Assembly: GCF_001194135.2 (NCBI RefSeq)
Contig: NC_069002.1
Span: 27,708,646-27,772,645, forward strand
Direction of reading: 5' to 3'
Length of the DNA stretch: 64,000 bases
Origin: Octopus bimaculoides
Lineage: Eukaryota
Part shown: positions 39,493 to 52,400 of the stretch, one piece after another
Position numbering within the stretch: the first letter of the stretch is position 1
How the letters are laid out: every line of letters starts with the position of its first letter
Position numbers and translations under genes: made by a program
The notes under the pieces: model-generated
What the model saw: only the letters and a program-made list of their open reading frames with translations
Database searches by the model: none
What the model was told of the DNA's origin: nothing

Positions 39493-42400
39493 TTATTTAT
39501 TAACTTAAGTGAATCAGCTGAAAGTGTAAAAAATATATGCAAAAAAATAGTCATTTGATTAAACAAAATGAAAGCATTGAGGAACACGAAATGATTCAAA
39601 TAAACTTTACCTTTTGTCTTTAACAAAGAAACCAGTCAGGCTCTGGAGCAGCATTCTGTTTTCTTTCATTGCAGCTTCTTCAGTAGAATCCTAAAATAGT
39701 TAAGTTTTTTCATTTAACAGTAAGTACTGAATTTTAAATACAAATAACTCTAAAGGAAAAAAAATTACAAAAAACAGTATAAATACAAAGTGCGTTTAAG
39801 AAGTATCTGACCTTTGAGCAAAAGAAAGAAAAAATTTTTTTGTACATTTCACACATTTTATTTAATCAGCCTCAAAACACTGCCCTTGGGAGTTCACACA
39901 TTTCTCCCAGTGGTTCTACCACTGCTGGCAATATCTCTGGAAAACCTTTTCTGCAATGCTATGGAGTTCCACAGTATATATGAGAGGGTACTGAAAAGTT
40001 CTTGGTATTGAGTAAAAGAAAATACAGGAGGATCAGTTAATTAAGATTTTACCCAACATAATCCCCTCTCAGATTCACACACTTATTGCAGTGGTCATGC
40101 AGTTTTTCTAAGCCCTGTAAAAAAACTGGAAAGTTGGGCCTCCAACCAGGCCTTTCATAATACACTTAAAGCTAGGAACTTTTCAGCACCCCCTCGTACA
40201 TTAAATGTTTTAACAGAAAAACTCGGAACAAACCAAAGTTCTATAACTTAGTAACTGGCCATGCTTAAGTAAAAGAGAAAGTTACCTGGGGTGAAGTCAA
40301 AGCAATTTTCCATAACCACGTCTGTAGTGTTGTTATATCAACAGAGGCCAGTTTTGTTAAGCAGCCACACAAGGATTCATAGTCTTTATCATTTGGATTT
40401 TTTTCAGCTGAAAATATTTAAAAAAAAGAATACAATTTAAATGAAATACAATTTCCCTGGTTTTAACCCTTTAGCATATCCCTTTTGGCCACATCCAGTG
40501 CAAATATTTTACCTGTTTTATGTTCAAACTGGCCTCTCACACTAACCTTACAAGATCATTCTAGCAATAAACAATTACATTACTAAAATCTCTAAACCAG
40601 ATAATTATTCTGAATTAATCATATATTATGTCATAACTTCAACATTTCAATAATATGACTATTTCAGAATAACATTGTAGAACAGGTATGAGAGGTAGGA
40701 TCTGGTCAGTTTCAACATAAAACACGAAGAGTATATAGGCTGGATGAGGCTTGTGTAAACGCTAAAGTGTTAATTTAATTCAGACAAAATAATTTGTGTC
40801 TACTCACCAAGCATGAATAATTTATTGAAAAACTTCAAAATCTTTGTTGCAAACTGGGGTGATAAATTAGCAGCAGCCAGAAGCAGACCACATAAATCTA
40901 GAATGAAAAATTAGTCAGTTTAATAAAGATATCAAAAATATGTCATTACATATTTGATAGCTTTGTTTAACCCTTTTGCTGTGAAGTTAAATTTTATGGT
41001 TATTCCAGCAATGATGTTAAATATCTTCCAAAAAAATAGAATTGGTATTTTCTACAAGTCACACTGCTTCAATAAACTTGACATGTCTCAACAGAAAGTA
41101 GTTTCAAACACGACATTCCTCAACAAAAGACAAGATTAGCATTATCATCATCATCGCTTAACGTCCGCCTTCCATGCTAGCATGGGTTGGACGATTTGAC
41201 TGAGGACTGACGAACCAGATGGCTGCACCAGGCTCCAATCTGGTCTGGCAGAGTTTCTACAGCTGGATGCCCTTCCTAATGCCAACCAAACAATATATAA
41301 ACAATTGTAGTCTGGGCAGCTCCCAGCCGGCCAGCTACATGTCAAACCATCCAACCCATGCTAGCATGGAAAGCAGACGTTAAACAATGATATAAACTGC
41401 TTTCCACAATTGAGGCTAATGAAATTTTGAGTGGAAATATCTGATTTCAGCAGCAAAAAGGTTCAAAGTATAATTAACTGTCTATAAATCTTGTTCCATT
41501 AGCTTCTTTTACATGATCCTACCCTAAAACTTGTCCTATTTCAATTAAGCCAAGTTTTCTGGGTCAGCATAGCCGAGAGGATCTTTATATTTATACATTT
41601 TTGGAGACCCCCTTTTGTTAAGTCAGATGTCTTTCTAATGGTTAATCACTAAAACAGGTAGAAGCAAAACTTATTCATTAGTCAAGTAGAGTTACCACAA
41701 CCAGGACCATCTGCCTGCCAGTAACATGCCTGTGTTCTGTTTGTAAATACATCATCTAGGGCTAATTTTTAGATCAGTATATTTATTAATTATGCTAACG
41801 AAGGACAGAACTTTGTTCTGTACATCATCATCGTTTAACGTCCGCTTTCCATGCTAGCATGGGTTGGACGATTTGACTGAGGACTGGTGAAACCGGATGG
41901 CAACACCAGGCTCCAATCTAATTTGGCAGAGTTTCTACAGCTGGATGCCCTTCCTAACGCCAACCACTCATATCAATAATCTTCAACAAGCATTTACAAA
42001 GACATTCACTGTTCAATTGATTCAGAAAGCATTGAGAATCCAGTCAAGGTAAAATAATTTACAGTTCAACTCCATAATACAAGATACATTAAAATAATCA
42101 GAACAACTCTTACTTTACAGTTCATTACAACAGCTCTAGCACATGAAGGAGATTAGCTGATATAACAATAAATAAATGTAAATCTTTGAGTCAAATTTCC
42201 TTATGTTGTATAGGAAAAAAACCCCAGTAGAATTTGCATAATGGGTCCTGTAATGACTTCTGTAATACAACATTTCACACAAAAACATGAGACCGGGAAC
42301 TGATGTCTGTAGATAAATAAGTATTGGCTGTTGCTGTGGAACAATGGTTAAGTTCAGACATATTTCTGCAGTCTACGTAAATAATGTTTTAGAAATGAAA

Positions 42401-45400
42401 TCTATTTTACCTCCTGTTTCAATATAAAATTTTTCAAAAGCTTTTTTTCCAGCAGTTTTTTCAAGGTGACTATCCATGAATTTCAAGCAGTCCACAAATA
42501 TTTTTTCATCCAAGCCACTGATAAAAAGAAGACACAAACAAAATAATGACATTGAATTATTTGTACAGAAAATAGAGACATACAAAAATAAGAGGAATGA
42601 CCAGCAAAAGTGGACTCCTATATGCTAGAAATAGATGCCGAATCATCTAACCACGAAAAATATGTTCTCAGAAAAAATTTAGCGACACAACAGACTGTAA
42701 AAGGGCAAGATTTTTACTGAGAACATATTTTTCGTGGTTAGATGATTCGGCATCTATTTCTAGCATATAGGAGTCCACTTTTGCTGGTCATTCCTCTTAT
42801 TTTTGTATGTAATATAATTTTAATCTTCGGATTTTTTTAATATGCTAGACCACTGGTTTTAATTGATTAATATCAATTTCTACCCTTATTAATAAATTTG
42901 AAAATAGAAACAGCTAATAAAGTACCTACTAAGATTCTGTTCAAAATTACAGATCCATCAAAACAGTATTTTTTGTATCAAAGCACTCATGCAGGTGCCA
43001 TGTAAAAAAAAAGCAGCCAGCACACTGTGAAGTTACTGGCATTAGGAAGGGCATCCAGCCATAGAAACCATGCCAAAAGTGAAAGGAGCAGGCAAGCCAG
43101 AGAGCTGCCCAAGCTCCTTTTGTCTAACCCATGCCAGCATGAAAAACAGATATATGATGATGATGGTGGTGATATGATGCTGCTGCTGCTGAAACACACA
43201 ATTTCCCATCATCATCATCATTTTAATATCCACTTTTCCATGCTAGCAAGGGTTGGATGAAATTTGTTGAAGCAGATTTTCTACAGCCAGAAGCCGTTCT
43301 TATCACCAACCTTCACCTGTTTCCGAGCAAGGTAATATTTCCACCCCATGGCCAGACAAGTTCTCATAGAAGACTGGAAACAGGACACTACTTGCATGAT
43401 AGCAACCCCATTTACAGCTATCACATGTTGTCACGGCAAACAGATGCTAACACACAAACACACACACATATAGTATGGTCATTTTTCAGTATCTGTCAAC
43501 CAAATCCACTCACAAGGCTTTGGTTCACCAGGGGCTGTAAAAAAAAAAAAAACACTTGCCCAAGATGCCACACAATGAGACCGAAACCAAGTGGTTGGGA
43601 AGCAAACAACCACAGAGCCATGCCTTCCACTAATAAAACTAAAAACTGAAATCACAATATTACATATAATAAAATTTCCTTGCAAGAATACTGATAAGTT
43701 CTACTATGTATTCATGTATACATACCTTAATTCATTTGTGTGTTCAATGAGAAGCTCTTGACAAACCTCCAGCACATACAGGTAAGTTTTCATGATGAAT
43801 TTCTCCCCTTCTCCTTCACCAAGAAATCTTTCCAATGACATTGTTACCTAAAATAAATAAACAGAAATGAATGGAATAAAAACTGTATGCATCTAAGTAG
43901 GTTATGTATACATTTTTGTATTTTAGGGTTTAATGAGAGGAGAAAGGATATCATCAATGATATTTGCAGTCTGAAGAGATAAAAGGAAGACAAAACCACA
44001 ATATCTTCTGCCTGGAATCTTAGCCCCAATATTTACAACTGCGTGGCCGTTTTCGTGCGGGTGACACGTAAAAGCACCCACTACACTCTCTGAGTGGTTG
44101 GCGTTAGGAAGGGCATCCAGCTGTAGAAACTCTGCCAAATCAGACTGGAGCCTGGTGTTGCCATCCGGTTTCACCAGTCCTCAGTCAAATCGTCCAACCC
44201 ATGCTAGCATGGAAAGCGGACGTTAAACGATGATGATGATGATGATGATGAATGAACCCTACAAAAGACATTCAAAGGGTATGTGGTGGTGTGACACTAT
44301 GTAACAAAATAAGGTTCTCGCTGAAGGACAAGCATAAAGCATGCTCATCCTTAATGTACGTCTACCCAATGGCAATCACAAGACATGGGTTGATCTAAGG
44401 TTGTGATGATGTACAATGGGATTGAACCCTGAAAAGCTATTAGATAACAAGTAGCATAAACATATGGTATGTCAGTTCCGTTATAGACATGAAAATAAGC
44501 ACAAACATTAACACCTTTTGAAACCAACATGTGACCATCCGCAGTTCTTTTGCAAAAACTTTGTTCTAAAGAAATCTAAATTAACCCTTTAGCATTCAAT
44601 TCACATTCTTTTGAATTAATTAAACATTATCTCATATCTTTGATATTTTGATAATGCAATTGCTTATTTTTAGAATGGTATTGTAGGGCATGAGTGAGAG
44701 GCCCAATCAAGCCAGTTTGAGCATAAAACAGGTAAAATATTATGGCTGGATATGGCCGGTTTAAAAGCTAAAAGGTTAAAACCGGCCATTAAAAACTTTC
44801 ATCTCAATTTATGTTCCTAGTTCAATGACAAAATCATGTTATTGAATTCATTATTTTAAAAATTGATTGAAACAAAAACAGTGTATTTTAAAAGAAATGT
44901 GCTAACAAAGGATCTAAACAATATTGAGCTAAATAGCAAGTTCTACATCCATATAACATTGAACAAATCAGTAGGTCCCACACTGAATCCTTCTGATACC
45001 TAGGTTCTCAAGACTGCCTCTTGTTCTATGATACAAACTTCACATTTTAAAATAATCTGAATTAAAATCTTCCATCAACATTCAACGCTAATTTATATAC
45101 CAAACATCAATTTAATGACAAAGTTATTTTCAAAAACTGATCGAGACAAAAGCAGTCTATTTTAACAATATGGTAATAAAAGGGTTATATAAACAAAAAT
45201 TTATATTCTTTTATTGGAACTCTCATAAAAAATAAAACATATTTTTAATACAATTATGTTATTTTCTAAATTCTAGAAACAAGTAGACAATTTACTAATT
45301 CAACATTTTGTGGGAGCTAATTGTTGAGATTAGAACTAAGAGAACATCTAGATGCGGAAGATCACAGTTACATATTTTAATTAGTACATGTAGAAGACTA

Positions 45401-48400
45401 ACATATTTTGAATTATTTCAGATAATTTCATTTTTTCGGTGGAAATGAAGTAAAAATATAGGAACCTACCATGTCAACCAAATATTCTGTTGAAGCATCA
45501 AACAGTAATGGAAACAGTGCCTTGACATATTTGTTATTTCCGGTTGTTTCTGGACACCAACTAGAGTGGAAATAAAAATATATACAAATATTTTAAACTT
45601 TTTATAAAAAAATATATATCATTTAAAATTTCCACAAATGAAAAATATGAATTCTCCAAATTATAGGAGGGATTACTTTTACAAACTCTTAAAGGACAGT
45701 ATACATTTTAATATTTTCAATATTTTCAATATTTTTTTAATATTTTAAGTAATATCATCTTATTATATATACCAAACGCAGTGTATTTCAACAGAAATAT
45801 GTTAACGAAAGGGGTTATCGTTCACTTTCCCATGCTTACATGGGTTGGACAGAGTTTTCTGAGGCTCATTTTCTATCACCAGATGGCCTTCCTGTTGCCA
45901 ACCCTCATCCATTTCCGAGCAAGGTAATGTTTCCTGATAGCCAGACATGTTTTTTGGCAGAATATTAGAAATGAATCACAGCCATTTACAAAAATCACAC
46001 AATAGCAAGAGAAGGAGACACAAACACACACACACACACACATATCTTTTAAATCCGTTTATGGAGAAACGTTTTGAATATGCCAATAAAGCTCCTATTC
46101 CATTATGCTGGCCACAGTCTAATGATGCTGACTGGTGAACCAGTTTTTGGGGGTTGCATCAAGCTGTACCGATACAATGTAGGATAAATATAATAATAAT
46201 AACAATAATCCTTGGATGGAATGTATATACATTTAATGAAACATACGTAGTGATGCATTAAATGGCTATAAATTCCATCCAACTATTATTGTTATTACTC
46301 TCTCTCTCTCTCTGTATACATGTTTCTTTCAGTTTCCATCTATGAAATCCACTCACAAGGCTTTGATCAGCCCAGAGCTACAGTAGAAGACACTTGCTTG
46401 AGGTGCCACACAGTTGAACTGAACCCGGACCCATGTGATTGGGAAGCAAGCTTCTTACAACAGTCATGCCTGCCCCATAGTTGAAGTCCAATGACTGAAT
46501 CTAATGCAAGGTAACAGAAAGAGTAGAGAAAGAATAACAGTCTTTTGTTTAATTGATCTTCACACATCTTTATTTATTTAAACCCTGTATCCCACAAAGC
46601 TTCAATTTCTCTTCACAACACAATTGGTATTGTTCCTTTCGTTGCTTCAGATCTGCTTTGAAACCCTTCACTGCTTTATTTTCTACTTTACAAAGAAATC
46701 TTATCCCTTACATAAACAACTGCAGGAAAAGGACCAAGGCCACGTACATTTGCAGTTGTGTCAACTCGTTAATTTAGATGGGTATCTAAGGCAGCGAGCT
46801 GGCAGAACTGTTAGCATGCCAGGCAAAATGCTTAACAGCATTTCCTCTGTCTTCAGGTACTGAGTTCAAATTCTGTCATGGTCAACTTTGCCTTTCATCC
46901 TTTCAGGATTGATAAAATGAGTACCAGTCAAGTAAGNNNNNNNNNNCAACTGACTTACCCCTCCCCAAAATTTGAAATCAATTTAGGTGGGTATTTAAAA
47001 AAGAATATTTTTTTTTTACGCAAACACCAGTTATTTGTCTTGGCATTTCTTTTACTGATTTCAGTCACTGCACTATGGTCATACTGGAGCACTGCTTTCA
47101 ATGGTTTTAGTTAATGATATTGAACGATGAAATTTCATCATTTTCATCATACATGACGCATCACTCTACATCAGCACACACACACAATCCTCATTATAAT
47201 CATCACCTCCACCTTCAACCTTTTACATTTGTTTTTTCATACAGGTATAAAGCGAATTGGTCATCACAATCTATGAAACCCTGCACACAGCAACAGAGAA
47301 AAAAGGAGATTCTTTATTTTTTTGTCTTTTTTAATTTAATAGAATTTAAGNNNNNNNNNNNNNNNNNNNNNNNNNNNNNNNNNNNNNNNNNNNNNNNNNN
47401 NNNNNNNNNNNNNNNNNNNNNNNNNNNNNNNNNNNNNNNNNNNNNNNNNNNNNNNNNNNNNNNNNNNNNNNNNNNNNNNNNNNNNNNNNNNNNNNNNNNN
47501 NNNNNNNNNNNNNNNNNNNNNNNNNNNNNNNNNNNNNNNNNNNNNNNNNNNNNNNNNNNNNNNNNNNNNNNNNNNNNNNNNNNNNNNNNNNNNNNNNNNN
47601 NNNNNNNNNNACTCGTTTCAGTCATTAGACCGTGGCCACACTGGGGCACTGTCTTGGAGAATTTTTTTAGTCGAATGAATTGACCCCCAGTACTTATTTT
47701 TTAAACCTAGTACTTATTCTATCAGACGCTTTTGTCAAACTGCTAAGTTACAGGGATGTAAGCAGACCAACACCTGTTGTCAAGCAATGGTGAGGGACTT
47801 AGTCTTTCACTCTCTCCCTCTCTCACAGATATATATATATATAAATAAAACAGGCTTCTTTCAGTTTCCATCTACCTAGTGCACTCACAAGTCTTTGGTT
47901 GACCTGAGGCTATAGTAGAAGATACTTGCCCAAGGTGTCACACAGCGGGACTGAACCCTGAACCATATGGTTGGGAAGCAAGTCTCTTACCACACAGCCA
48001 TGCCAGATCATCATCGTCATCATTTAACATCCCTTTTTTCATGCTAACATGGATTGGACAATTTGACACGAATAGAAGAGCCAGGCTCCAGTGTCTGCTT
48101 TGGCAGGATTTCTACAGCCAGATGCCTTTCCTAATGCCAACCACTTCACAGAGTGTATTGAGTTCTTTTTTCATGCACTGAATTCTCCAGCACTGGTGAA
48201 GTCACCAAGTACCCACAAGACAAGGCGGGGGAAAAAATCATGATAGAGGGACGTTTCATAAAATTACAATATTTTAAATAGAATTAACAAGCAGAATGTG
48301 ACAGGAAAAAAAAGAAAAGAAAATTCCTACCAGATAATGTTCCAATATGAGCACTGTGGATCACATCAATATAACTTTCTGAAGGAATGATGTCATTAGC

Positions 48401-49421
48401 AAATGCATTACGCTAGGAGAAAAACAAAATTAATAACGATAATTTTTTTGGTTTATAAAAATATTGGAAACTGAAACTACTTTAGAACTTACAAAAATCA
48501 TTTCTAATATTTCTAATTACTTAAATTGAGATGTAATATTTCAAAACAATTTTTCCTCTCATTATCATTCTATGTCTGCTTTCCATGTTGGATAAGTTGT
48601 CATGGTCCAAGCCATATCTTACGAAGAGTAACTGCTCTTGTTGCCTGTTGCTCATACACGTCATTTGGTTCCATTTCTATTGCTGAACGCCCTCTCAAGT
48701 GCCAACCAGTCTATGGCATGTACAGGGTGCATTTTTTGTGGCACCAATGCTAGAGAGGGGCTGATAGGTCCTCATCAAGGAAAGAATAAGAGGACCTCGC
48801 AATCCTATGCTTTCTCCACTCAAGAGAAAGCGAAAGCAACAATAGCAGAAAAACCATATTGGGTTGATGAAGGGAGTAAAGGTGTAAGTGTAGAAAGTAG
48901 TTAGGAACCCCATAAATCATGTGCTGACAGTCCTATGAAACATGTGCCCTTGTCAAGATTACAAAAGTCAATGAATATACATACTGACGTTTTTTTTTGT
49001 TTTTGTTTTTACTGCTTTCGTGGATTCTTATGACTGTCGCCATCCAATTCCATTATTACAAATCTGAACTGGGAACATTAACTGATTAGAAAACCATGGA
49101 TGCTGCCCCTATGGATGCATTGCAGTTACTCTCTTGATAGATCTTGGTGATCCTGACCATTGATCTTCTAGGATTCCTCGGCTCAGCATCAATGAAAGAA
49201 GAACCATTAGCTCAGTTGAGCTCTTCCGCTGCCTCTTCGCAATCCGCCATACTGCAGTCCCACGACTTCACTATATATCACTGGCAGGGTGGCTGAACAG
49301 GTGCTATACCTTGCCAAAGAGCAACTTTTAACTATGCAGGGCATGGTCAGCACTGCATGAGGTATTTTCAAAGCACCTCCATACCCACATTAATGATAAA
49401 ATTAAGAAACATTCAATTACA

Positions 49422-49458
<37 letters not shown>

Positions 49459-52400
49459 NNNNNNNNNNNNNNNNNNNNNNNNNNNNNNNNNNNNNNNNNN
49501 NNNNNNNNNNNNNNNNNNNNNNNNNNNNNNNNNNNNNNNNNNNNNNNNNNNNNNNNNNNNNNNNNNNNNNNNNNNNNNNNNNNNNNNNNNNNNNNNNNNN
49601 NNNNNNNNNNNNNNNNNNNNNNNNNNNNNNNNNNNNNNNNNNNNNNNNNNNNNNNNNNNNNNNNNNNNNNNNNNNNNNNNNNNNNNNNNNNNNNNNNNNN
49701 NNNNNNNNNNNNNNNNNNNNNNNNNNNNNNNNNNNNNNNNNNNNNNNNNNNNNNNNNNNNNNNNNNNNNNNNNNNNNNNNNNNNNNNNNNNNNNNNNNNN
49801 NNNNNNNNNNNNNNNNNNNNNNNNNNNNNNNNNNNNNNNNNNNNNNNNNNNNNNNNNNNNNNNNNNNNNNNNNNNNNNNNNNNNNNNNNNNNNNNNNNNN
49901 NNNNNNNNNNNNNNNNNNNNNNNNNNNNNNNNNNNNNNNNNNNNNNNNNNNNNNNNNNNNNNNNNNNNNNNNNNNNNNNNNNNNNNNNNNNNNNNNNNNN
50001 NNNNNNNNNNNNNNNNNNNNNNNNNNNNNNNNNNNNNNNNNNNNNNNNNNNNNNNNNNNNNNNNNNNNNNNNNNNNNNNNNNNNNNNNNNNNNNNNNNNN
50101 NNNNNNNNNNNNNNNNNNNNNNNNNNNNNNNNNNNNNNNNNNNNNNNNNNNNNNNNNNNNNNNNNNNNNNNNNNNNNNNNNNNNNNNNNNNNNNNNNNNN
50201 NNNNNNNNNNNNNNNNNNNNNNNNNNNNNNNNNNNNNNNNNNNNNNNNNNNNNNNNNNNNNNNNNNNNNNNNNNNNNNNNNNNNNNNNNNNNNNNNNNNN
50301 NNNNNNNNNNNNNNNNNNNNNNNNNNNNNNNNNNNNNNNNNNNNNNNNNNNNNNNNNNNNNNNNNNNNNNNNNNNNNNNNNNNNNNNNNNNNNNNNNNNN
50401 NNNNNNNNNNNNNNNNNNNNNNNNNNNNNNNNNNNNNGAGAGAGAGAGAGATAGAGAGAGAGATAGAGATAGAGAGAGAGATAGAGATAGAGAGAGAGGG
50501 GTAATGTGATAGATCAAGGGAAGGTGGAAGGGAGACACAAAAAGGTTGCTGAATGTGGAGAATAAATGGGATTGTAACATTTTATTTTATTTATTGATTT
50601 TTAATATTAAATTATATATATATAGGCGTATGAGTGGCTGTGTGGTAAGTAGCTTGCTTACCAACCACATGGTCCTGGGTTCAGTCCCACTGCATGGCAT
50701 CTTGGGCAAGCGTCTTCTACTATAGCCTCGGGCCGACCAAAGCCTTGTAAGTGGATTTGGTAGATGGAAACTGAAAGAAGCCCGTCGTATATATGTATAT
50801 ATATATATGTATGTGTGTATGTGTTTGTGTCCCCCCAACATCGCTTGACAACCGATGCTGGTGTGTTTATGTCCCCGTAACTTAGCGGTTCGGCATAAGA
50901 GACCAATAGAATAAGTACTAGGCTTCTAAAGAATAAGTCCTGGGGTCGATTTGCTCGACTAAAGGCGGTGCTCCAGCATGGCCACAGTCAAAAAGACTGA
51001 AGCAAGCAAAAGAGTATATTTTAATATTAATGATATATATATGATTAAATTATTTTTTAATTAAAAAAAAGCTGCCAAGTTTCAAATGTCTGATATTGGA
51101 AACTTAATAATATAAAGAGTTTTTTAAAAATATAATAAAAAAGTCAGAAGTGTTTTAAAAATCAGAGTATACAAAATATTATCAAAATCAGATTGGTTAG
51201 AAAAACACAAACAAAAACAATGTGTTGATTTTATATAAGAGCTGACCAAATGAGTTGAAGAACACAGAATAGCTGGCATTGGAGTCAGCACAAGTGATGT
51301 GTTTCAAGGCACTGGAAATCACAAAATATGGGGGAAATAATGCCTGACAACTGTTGGAATGAGCACATCGTGGAAAAACATGAATTGCCAGTTTAATGCT
51401 AGATTCTCATAATATGAACAGTCTCCAAATTTCAAAGATGTGTTACAGTATTTCAGAGCTTTATTATTTAATGATGGGAAGCCATAGAGTAGTGTGTGTC
51501 AAACTCCAATGACCTTTCAAATTTCCATACACACACACACAGATGATTTTAAGGGTAAGAATGTCAATACAAATACTTATAGTTTATGTCACTATAAGTA
51601 TTTTGCTTTGAAATACAAATAGAATGTATCAATCAAATTGGATTCTTTGTTTTACACCAGCTTCATATAACAGTTTTTAGTTTAAGAACAAGGAAAGCAA
51701 TTTTAAGGGATGGGGGGGTTAGTTGATATCACTGATCCCAGTAACTGACTGGTACCGTATTTAATCGATCTTAAATGTTTTGCAAACAACTTGCACATGC
51801 AAGTGCTGCCAGCTAAAAGCTCCACATACTGGAAGCCACAAGTGTATGCGGTCATCATATTTTAAAGTGATGAAAAGCAAAACTAACATTGGTGAGATTT
51901 GAACTCAGAACATAAGTTTAGTTTAGTCTTGGCCATCCTACCAAATGCTTCAATGATTTCATGTGAGCACACCCCCCATCACAGTCCCCCATACATGTTC
52001 TTAACTCATCAGCATTTGCCATTCCACTGTTCTGAAGCCAGTTGTACAAAATAAGTTAGATATTTTCTTCCCCCCAACCCAGTTGATTTTTTTTCCTTCA
52101 ACAGACAGCCATAAGACCAGTTGACACTGAAGTTCTTCTGGGTGCCTGACACAATGACCAGCAATGACTTGGGAACAAAGAACCAAAACAACCATTGTAA
52201 AGCATTTTGTCCAACACTCCAATGATTCCGCCAGGCTGTCATGCTAGCTTCAAATAAAGATGAAATATAAATAACAGAATATCCAACTTACCATAGCCTT
52301 TGTAAAGATTTCATCCAAAGAGATTTGGACTTTGGCAACAACAGCATCAAGCATTAAAATTGAAGATAGTCCAGGAAGATCATTAGAAGAAAGAATAGTC

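Noticed and set aside
48990-49400. GC-balanced block with coding-like look
   Set aside because: Stops in all frames and no UBR4 match; probably an unclassified old retroelement fragment.
52001-52250. [15 protein letters not shown].. resembling the SWRN motif, plus a strong plus-strand acceptor and AATAAA
   Set aside because: It lies only ~43 nt from the real donor at 52292, is out of colinear order, and the true RNAFAND exon is at 48331-48412. No supporting exon chain on the plus strand.
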